A DNA stretch of 10,669 bases from Candidatus Latescibacterota bacterium (GTDB lineage: Bacteria > Latescibacterota > UBA2968 > GCA-2709665): positions 1-10,669 of the forward strand of contig CAXXJS010000052.1 in NCBI GenBank assembly GCA_963662665.2, given 5' to 3'. Positions 1 to 7,099 of the stretch are shown here, one piece after another (position 1 is the stretch's first letter; every line of letters starts with the position of its first letter). The notes beneath the pieces were generated by a model that had not been told where the DNA came from, did not search any database, and saw only the letters and a program-made list of their open reading frames with translations. Both the position numbers and the translations under genes were made by a program.

Positions 1-1187
1 CGGCCTTCACCGCGGCTTCGTTGGCGGTGATACTCTGGCGAAGCCTTTCGAGGTTCAGGAACGACAGCCTGATGTCCATCGTTCTCTGGCGTTTCGCCTG
101 GTCGAGTTGTTCCATGCTTCTGAGGTACTCCAGTTTCTGGATCTTTACGTTATTTTCGGCACTCAACCCGTTGAAAACAGGGAGGCTGACACTGATGCCG
201 GCGTTGTACGAGTAGTTCTTGACAAAAAGGTCTTCCACACCCTCGAAACTCTCCCCCCGGTTCAATTGCCAGCTGTACCCCCGCGCTACCCGAGATTCTC
301 GGGAAGCGCACGCTATATCTCGTGGCTTTCAGTTGATCCCTGCTTGCCAGCATCCTATGCCTCTGCGCCAGAATCCCGGGATTCCCGTCCAGCGCCCGAT
401 TCAATGACTCTTCGTACGTGATGGCCGGCGGCGCAACCGTTAACGTCTTCTCGGTCGGATAAATGTTCACGTCGGGACTGAGTCCGAGAGAAAACGCGAG
501 CAGTGAGCGGGCAGTGGCAACGTCGTTTTCTCTGGCGATGAGTTCTACACGAAAACGTGCCAACTGAGATTCGGCGCCGAAGACGTCCGAAATGGTGGAG
601 GTGCCGATCTCATACAGGGTTTTGTTTCGGCGAAGGCTCTCTTCCGATACGCTGACCTGCTCTTTCGCCAGTTCCAGCTGCTCCATTCGCTGGAGAAGGA
701 TGAAATAACGTTGTTTCACCTCAAAAACCATCTGGCGGCGGCTACCGGACAGATCCATTTCAGCCGCCCGCGCCGTCTTCCGGCTGGCCGACAGATTCGC
801 AAAAGCGGCGGCGTCGAAAATGGTGAAGCTCAGGCTGGACCCCACCGACTGTGCCCCGCCCACCCGGTCCTCGCCCAGGGTGGTGACAATTGTCTGCGTT
901 GTCTGATCGAAAATGGCGCCTTCCCTTGGGCCGGTTACGCTTCTGGAAACACGGTAGTTGGTGCCCAGCGTTGGAAGAAACGCGTTTCGACTCTGGTCGA
1001 TCCGGGCGACGGCAACCTCCCGCGAAAAGCGGGCCTGGGTAATTGCCGTGTTGTTGCCCAGCGCAATTTCGATGCATTCGGTGAGACTGAGGTGCATTTC
1101 TCTGGATGCCGCTTCCTCGGCCGCAACCCGGGCGGAAAGGAACGCGGCGAGGGTGAACAACAGCGCTGTTCTCAGCACATATGACAT
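1..1187 (-). CDS. TolC-family outer membrane efflux protein; interrupted by a one-base frameshift near 253-282 (sequencing error or pseudogene); 3' end lies outside the window
   Basis: ATG at 1187 with GGGAG RBS at 1196-1200. Sec signal peptide MSYVLRTALLFTLAAFLSARVAA. OEP-type motifs LSLTECIEIALGNN, AFLPTL, SFTIFD, VKQRYF, LYEIGTSTISDV. After about codon 303 the TolC-like sequence continues in another frame (YSWQLN...YSYNAGISVSLPVFNGLS...NEAAVKA), open for 92 codons to the window edge. Confidence 0.9.
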
Positions 1188-1287
1188 ACAGGGCGCTCCC
1201 GAATTCTTCGCTTCCCAACCCTTTCGATGTCATAGAAAAGGCGGAATCATTGGTCTGTTTCAGACCGGCCGGATGCCGGTCAATCAG

Positions 1288-1316
1288 TTAGACAACGCAA
1301 AACGAAAAAAGTTACC
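1288..1316 (-). promoter_or_regulatory. Putative ECF (RpoE/sigma-E-like) promoter for the tolC-family gene
   Basis: Minus strand reads GGTAAC-TTTTTTCGTTTTGCGTT-GTCTAA, i.e. AAC-N17-GTCTAA, matching the sigma-E-type -35/-10 pattern. It lies about 100 nt upstream of the ATG. Confidence 0.6.
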
Positions 1317-1527
1317 GGTAAATGGCTTCCCGCCGGGGATGACGAATTACAAAGAAAACAGAATTCAGGAGAAAAGGAAAGTGAAAACTTCCATCTCTGG
1401 TAACCGGAAACGGTCGCTTCGGCTCCCGTGATGGGTTAACGGGCCGGAGTTCCGCGGGCCCTTTGGGTCGCGTCGATCAGTAGGCGCCGGCGCGTATTTC
1501 CTACCCGTAAGGTTCTGATTTCAGGCG

Positions 1528-4500
1528 TCATTCTCCCCGATCCAGGAGGGAATAGACAGTTGGTATGACGATGAGTGTGAGCGCGGTTGAACTGATAAGG
1601 CCGGCAACCACGGTGATGGCCATGGGCGTTCGAATCTCTGAGCCTGCGCCCAGCCCAAGCGCCATAGGCAGGAGCCCCAGAACGGTTGTTGCGGTTGTCA
1701 TGAGAATGGGGCGCAACCGCACCGAGCCGGCCTGTACGATCGCGTCGACCTTGGACCGGCCGTTGGCGCGCAGGTGGTTGATGTAGTCGACGAAAACGAT
1801 GGCGTTGTTGACGACAATTCCGGCCAGCATGATCAGACCCAGGAAAACCACGACGCTGAACGAGATGCCGGTAACGAAGAGGGTGAACAGTACGCCGATC
1901 AGTGCCAGGGGAATCGTGAAAATGATGACAAAGGGATGGACGAAGGATTCAAACTGGGAAGCCATGACGATGTAAACCAGAAAAACTGCCAGGCACAGTG
2001 CGAAGATCAGGCTTTGCAGCGACGTCTGCATCTCGCGGTTCTGGCCCCCGATAACAAAGGATACGTCCGCGGGAATGTCGATTTTCTCCAGCGCCTGCTG
2101 GATCAGTCCGGTTGCGGTTCCCAGATCGGTACCCGCGACGTTGGCCGATATCAGCACTGCGCGTTGCTGGTCTATGCGTCGGATCTCGCTGGGTCCCTCC
2201 CGTACCTGTATTTCGGCCACGGCGGAAAGGTGGATGGGGGCCTCACCGTCGGGATTGACCACTAGGCGTTTCAGATCGGACACGCCGGATCGATCGGCTT
2301 CGTCTACGCGAACCAGAACATCGATGCGGCGGTCGGCCTCACGGAATCGGGTGACCACGTCGCCTTGCACTTTTTCTCGAACCAGCGTGGCGACGCTTCG
2401 AAGATTGAGCCCGTAAGACGCAAGCAGGTCCCGGCGATAGACAATCTGTACTTCCGGACTCCCGCGCTGGAGACTGGATTTGACATCGTATAAGCCCGGG
2501 ATACCGGAAAGGGCGCGTTCCACGTTACGTCCCAGGCTCGCGAGGTCTCCCAGGTCGTAGCCACGGATTTCCAGCTCTATCGGTGTCTTGAAAGTAAACA
2601 GGGCCGGACGTGAAAAGTCGACCGAGACCTGTGGGAGATCGCCAAGACTGTCCCGTAACCTCGCCATGAGATCCGACTCCCGTTTCGCCAGCATCGTATT
2701 GCCGGATATGCCCGCCCAGACTCTCTTCGGAAACGTCGTGAAGTCCTGCCAGAGCCGGTTAAGGTCGCCGGCGCCGTTTGACGTTTCGTCGGAGACGACG
2801 ATGGTGACCTTTGAGGTATGTTCTCCCTGGTCGGAGTTGGAAATTGAGGTCTTGTCCACGCCCACGACGGTTGCGATGCGCTCAACGCCACGTTCTTTCA
2901 GAACCCGCGATTCGACGTCGGCTACGGTCTTCCCCGTGCGTTCCAGGGGCGTTCCCACCGGCATGGCGAGTTCCAGATCGAATTCACCGTGGTGAACGGC
3001 AGGGATGAGTTCGCGGCCGATCCGGGGTAAAAGGAAGTACCAGCACAGAAGGAACGGCAGGATGGCGATGACGATGATGGTGAGGCGGTTCTGCAGCGCC
3101 CAGCGGATCAGGAAAGGATAGAATCGGCTGATGGCGCCGAAACTGAATTCGAAAGCGCGAATAACGGGCGTCAGCAGGGGTACGGCGATGGCGGCCAGCA
3201 GCGCCACCACCGTCAATCCGACTGGAAACGTCATCATCAGAGTGAGGATCAGCAGCTTGCCCAGCAGGGATACCGTCTGGAAGATGCAATATCGCAGAAT
3301 GACGTAGACCGGCCCCAACACGAAAAGCAGGCACAGAAGAAGAACCCCCGCGACGGCACAAGGTACGCGCAGAAAAATCCCGAGACGACGGCCGCGAAAC
3401 GCCCATTGGTACGTGCGTCGGGCGGCTCTCCAGGTCCATCGCACGGAGTTGGCGAGTCCGTTACCGAGCGTGACCGGGGCGTTGAACACCAGCAGGTCGT
3501 GCCAGATGGCGTGGACGATTCCGGATCCGAACAACATCGGGTTCCCGGACCATGCGCATAGATCCCGCCAGGAATTCGCGGGTTTCTTCCGGATCTTCAG
3601 AACAAGGGCGGCAACGGGAAAATACAGGGCGGGAGCCAGCAACACGCAGGCCGCCTTCAGGATGACAATCAGGATCGCGAGTACGACCCAGAGTGTGCGC
3701 CAGACGAATTCCAGAACCAGCCAGGTCACATAGACGAGGGCCTTGAACACCAGGGCCGGAAGGCGGGTCATTGACCGACCACCGGAAAGCTCCCTGAGGC
3801 GTGCGAGGGACTTGAACTGCAGCAGTTCCGAGTTGAACATGTCGCCGACGGACGGCCGGGCGCGTCCGCTTCCGGACCCGGCGACCCGGATCTGGCGGGA
3901 AGCCAGCATCGGGATGAAGAAGAGTGCAACAGCCAGTGACGCCACGAGCGAAAAGACGACGGTAAGGGACATATCGCCAAAGACCTGGCCGGCCACGCCT
4001 TCGACGAAGACAATGGGAAAAAAGACGGCAACCGTGGTAAGCGTGGAGGCAAATACGGCGCCGCCTACTTCGCCGGTGCCCCGGACTGCCGCCGTCACGA
4101 TGTCGTCTCCTTCTTCCCGGCAACGGAAGATGCTCTCCAGTACGACGATGGAATTATCGACAAGCATACCGATACCCAGCGCCATGCCTCCCAGAGACAT
4201 GATGTTCAGAGAAACGCCGAATATTTTCATCGGAGCAAACGTGGCGACGATGGAGATCGGAATGGCCAGGCTTACAATGCCGGTATGTGAAGGATTTCGC
4301 AGGAAGACGTAAAGCACCAGGATAGCGAGGATGCCGCCAATAATGGCTGTCTGTTTGACTTCGTCGACCGATCGCTTGATGAATTGTGACTGGTCCGACA
4401 GTACTTCCACCTGCATGCCTTCCGGCAGCGAATATGAGATAAAACTGGTCATTTCTCTGAGTTGGATAAACTGCCGCACCTGGGCGGCCCGATCCGTGGC

Positions 4501-5529
4501 CTCGGCCTGTTTGATTTCTCCGGCTTCGAGTCGTTGAACGTAGGCCAGCTGCTCGGGCGTGCCGAACAATCGGTCCCTGACCCGCCCGGCGGCGGCGACG
4601 ATGTTGGCGTCGGCCTCTTTGAAGATATCGATTTCCACGCTTTCCACGCCGTTGACACGGGTGATGATCTCCCGGTCCTTATGGCTGCGGACAACCCCGC
4701 TGACGTCTTTCAGCCGGATATCCGCGCCGTTTTTCTGTCCGATCACGAGATTGCGGATTTCGTCGACCGTCCTGAATTCGTTCAGGGTGCGAACCATGTA
4801 CTGGGTCTGCCCGTCCAACAGACTGCCGCCGGCAAGGTTTACGTTCTCTTCTCGGAGACGCCGATTGATATCGCCAATGCCGAGCCCCATCTGTGCGAGT
4901 TGCCTTTCGTTGATTTCAACGCGGATTTCTTCTTCCAGGCCGCCGTGCACCCGGGCCGCGGCCACGCCTTTCATTGCCTCCAGCGCCTGCTTGATTTCTT
5001 CTTCGGCTATAAGCCTCAGGGTATATAAATCGGCATCGCCGTAGAGACCGATGCGCATTATGGGATCCTGCGTGGGGTCGTAACGCAAAATGAGCGGTTT
5101 GTTGACGCCCCGGGGCAGGTTCAGCCGGTCCAGGTTTTCCCGAACGGTCTGTACAGCGTCGTTCATATCCGTATCCCAGCCGAATTCCAGGATGACGTCC
5201 GACATCCCGGCCCTGGAAATGGATACGATGCTGGCCAGATTGTTGACAACCCCCAGCCGCTGTTCGATTTGCCTGGAAATCAGGTTCTCGACTTCCTCAG
5301 GCGCGGTATCGGCATAATCCGTGCGGATCGTGAGGGTGGGGTAGGAAATGTCCGGCATCAAAGTGAGCGGTAGCTGCTGGTAGGAAATGTAGCCGAAGAC
5401 AGCGATGGCGAGGACGACCATAAAAATGGCCACCGGCCTGCGGGTGGTTAATTCGAAAGTGCGGGAGATCTGGGTTCCGGCGTGGGAACGGGGACTCTGT
5501 GACGCGGCGCCTGTGGATTCGTCATTCAT
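1528..5529 (-). CDS. Efflux RND transporter permease subunit (AcrB/AcrD/AcrF, HAE1-like), 1333 aa with large insertions
   Basis: N-terminal RRPVAIF-TM1-LPLTLMPDISYP and APEEVENLIS motifs. TM4 GMLVDNSIVVLESI, STLTTVAVFFP, YIVMASQFESFVHPFVI, TM10 GIVVNNAIVFVD, RLRPILMTT, and C-terminal LTLIVIPTVYS. GAGGA lies upstream of the ATG at 5529. Confidence 0.97.
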   Translation of the reverse strand: MNDESTGAASQSPRSHAGTQISRTFELTTRRPVAIFMVVLAIAVFGYISYQQLPLTLMPDISYPTLTIRTDYADTAPEEVENLISRQIEQRLGVVNNLASIVSISRAGMSDVILEFGWDTDMNDAVQTVRENLDRLNLPRGVNKPLILRYDPTQDPIMRIGLYGDADLYTLRLIAEEEIKQALEAMKGVAAARVHGGLEEEIRVEINERQLAQMGLGIGDINRRLREENVNLAGGSLLDGQTQYMVRTLNEFRTVDEIRNLVIGQKNGADIRLKDVSGVVRSHKDREIITRVNGVESVEIDIFKEADANIVAAAGRVRDRLFGTPEQLAYVQRLEAGEIKQAEATDRAAQVRQFIQLREMTSFISYSLPEGMQVEVLSDQSQFIKRSVDEVKQTAIIGGILAILVLYVFLRNPSHTGIVSLAIPISIVATFAPMKIFGVSLNIMSLGGMALGIGMLVDNSIVVLESIFRCREEGDDIVTAAVRGTGEVGGAVFASTLTTVAVFFPIVFVEGVAGQVFGDMSLTVVFSLVASLAVALFFIPMLASRQIRVAGSGSGRARPSVGDMFNSELLQFKSLARLRELSGGRSMTRLPALVFKALVYVTWLVLEFVWRTLWVVLAILIVILKAACVLLAPALYFPVAALVLKIRKKPANSWRDLCAWSGNPMLFGSGIVHAIWHDLLVFNAPVTLGNGLANSVRWTWRAARRTYQWAFRGRRLGIFLRVPCAVAGVLLLCLLFVLGPVYVILRYCIFQTVSLLGKLLILTLMMTFPVGLTVVALLAAIAVPLLTPVIRAFEFSFGAISRFYPFLIRWALQNRLTIIVIAILPFLLCWYFLLPRIGRELIPAVHHGEFDLELAMPVGTPLERTGKTVADVESRVLKERGVERIATVVGVDKTSISNSDQGEHTSKVTIVVSDETSNGAGDLNRLWQDFTTFPKRVWAGISGNTMLAKRESDLMARLRDSLGDLPQVSVDFSRPALFTFKTPIELEIRGYDLGDLASLGRNVERALSGIPGLYDVKSSLQRGSPEVQIVYRRDLLASYGLNLRSVATLVREKVQGDVVTRFREADRRIDVLVRVDEADRSGVSDLKRLVVNPDGEAPIHLSAVAEIQVREGPSEIRRIDQQRAVLISANVAGTDLGTATGLIQQALEKIDIPADVSFVIGGQNREMQTSLQSLIFALCLAVFLVYIVMASQFESFVHPFVIIFTIPLALIGVLFTLFVTGISFSVVVFLGLIMLAGIVVNNAIVFVDYINHLRANGRSKVDAIVQAGSVRLRPILMTTATTVLGLLPMALGLGAGSEIRTPMAITVVAGLISSTALTLIVIPTVYSLLDRGE

Positions 5530-5583
5530 TATCTTATCGGGTCCTCAATCAGCGGCATCGCGGTCATTCGGTCACCGGAGCCG

Positions 5584-5619
5584 GCCTGCCTGCTGAAGCA
5601 TGCGAGGCAGGCAGACAGG
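5584..5619. repeat. REP-like intergenic palindrome built from CCTG/CAGG units
   Basis: CTGCCTGC (5586-5593) pairs with GCAGGCAG (5607-5614). Alternative registers are GCCTGCCT/AGGCAGGC and CCTGCCTGC/GCAGACAGG. No U-tract follows. Confidence 0.5.
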
Positions 5620-5640
5620 ATGGACGCTTTCAACGGGCCG

Positions 5641-6831
5641 TTACTCCTGCAATTCCAGGGAATCTTGTGCCGTGGTATCCGGTTTGGCCGGAATGCGCAG
5701 GCCCTTGCCCTCGATCACCCTGACTCTGGCCAGGTCCTTAAGGCCGTTCTGGCCCACGACAACGATGCTGTCCCCTTGCGAGACGCCGCTCAGGACTTCC
5801 AGGTTTTCAGTGTCTTCGAAACCTACGTCCAGTTGAATCTTTCGTGCGGTGCTGTCCTGAACCACGAACACGTGAGGATGCCCGTCATCGTAGATGATGG
5901 CGCGCTTGGGCACCAGTAATGCCTGGTCGTGGGTCGCGGTAATAATATGCGTTGTGACAAACATACCCGGCCGCAATCCGCCGTTGGCGTCGTCTATTGC
6001 CAGCGTTACCCTGAAGGTCCCGCTGTTCGGATCGACAACCGGACTGATTCGGATAATGCGTCCGGGAAAATCGACGTCGGGCAGAAGATTCGTGGCGATC
6101 CGGGCCTGCTGTCCCACGGAGATGTTGCGCAGTTCCGATCCGGGTATATGTGCTCTGGATATCAGGCTCCGCATGTTGACCAGAACATAAAGCTTGGTTG
6201 AAGGACCGATGCGGTCGCCCAATTTGACAATCCGTTCGGCCACGACCCCGGCGATAGGAGATCGAACCAGCGCGTGGTCCAGATTCAACTGTGTGCGTTG
6301 CCACCGAATCCTGGCCTGTTGCAGGTCGAATTCGTCACTTTCGAAATCTTCCTTGGATAGCAGGTTCCTGGAATAGACTTCTTTGCGGCGTTTGAAGTTG
6401 CTCTCCAATTTGAGGTATGCGATTCTGGCTTCGGATTCAGAGAGCTTGAGTTCGTGGTCGACAAGGTGGACCAGGACCTGATCCACCTTGACCCGATCGC
6501 CCTCTTCGGCCAGCACGCGTTTAACGAGCCCGTCTCCGTGGGCATATACGTCAACGGTCTCTTCTGCCTCGACCTTTGCATTGTAGAGAAGGTATGAGGA
6601 AATCGCGCCCTGTTCAATGCGATGGACCTTGACGGGTACGCCTTCCGGCGTTTTTTTCCCTTTCGCGACTTTTGCCGTATCTACCGCCGTCGAGTCGGCT
6701 CTTGTGGAATCGGCCGCGGCTTCGGTTGTACTCTGTCCCTTGGCTTTTTCGCCGCCGCACCCCGTGAGCGCGTAAGCCGTTAAAACAGCGGCCACTATTA
6801 CAGGACACTTCGAAATCCGTGTTTCCGTCAT
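5641..6831 (-). CDS. Efflux RND transporter periplasmic adaptor subunit (membrane fusion protein), predicted lipoprotein, 396 aa
   Basis: Start reassigned to ATG 6831 (AAGGA RBS about 7 nt upstream). Lipobox LTG-C25. Lipoyl half-motifs GLVKRVLAEEGDRVK and VRSPIAGVVAER flank a helical hairpin. Also ISPVVDPNSGTF, LRPGMFV and GDSIVVVGQNGL. Confidence 0.96.
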   Translation of the reverse strand: MTETRISKCPVIVAAVLTAYALTGCGGEKAKGQSTTEAAADSTRADSTAVDTAKVAKGKKTPEGVPVKVHRIEQGAISSYLLYNAKVEAEETVDVYAHGDGLVKRVLAEEGDRVKVDQVLVHLVDHELKLSESEARIAYLKLESNFKRRKEVYSRNLLSKEDFESDEFDLQQARIRWQRTQLNLDHALVRSPIAGVVAERIVKLGDRIGPSTKLYVLVNMRSLISRAHIPGSELRNISVGQQARIATNLLPDVDFPGRIIRISPVVDPNSGTFRVTLAIDDANGGLRPGMFVTTHIITATHDQALLVPKRAIIYDDGHPHVFVVQDSTARKIQLDVGFEDTENLEVLSGVSQGDSIVVVGQNGLKDLARVRVIEGKGLRIPAKPDTTAQDSLELQE

Positions 6832-7019
6832 CCGTTGTTCCTTCAGGTCGTCAGGTTGGTATCTCCGGCAACGTGCAAGATCGAGGGCGGCGTCCGCCGG
6901 AAGCTCCGGCCGATTCCGCCGCCCGTTCGGCCGATGCCGGCCTGCGGTGGAATTCCCTTTTGTCTTTGACTCCCCAGGCAGGCCGGATGTTTCGCAAAAA
7001 GCCGTTGGGCCGTCATTAA

Positions 7020-7046
7020 TTCGACGGCCCAGGAGGGTGGAGTTCC
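7020..7046 (-). promoter_or_regulatory. Putative ECF-sigma promoter for the adaptor-permease operon
   Basis: Minus strand reads GGAAC-TCCACCCTCCTGGGCC-GTCGAA (GGAAC-N16-GTC) in the mrp-adaptor intergenic region, about 190 nt upstream of ATG 6831. Confidence 0.5.
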
Positions 7047-7099
7047 GTATATGTGTCTGTTCGGGGGACCGCGGTGTACCGGACAGGGCGGCCGGCACA

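Noticed and set aside
150-277. Cys-rich C-terminus of the called 345-aa ORF (GCGRPFCQ...CQPPCFQRVEC)
   Set aside because: Out-of-frame product of the frameshift, not a metal-binding domain.
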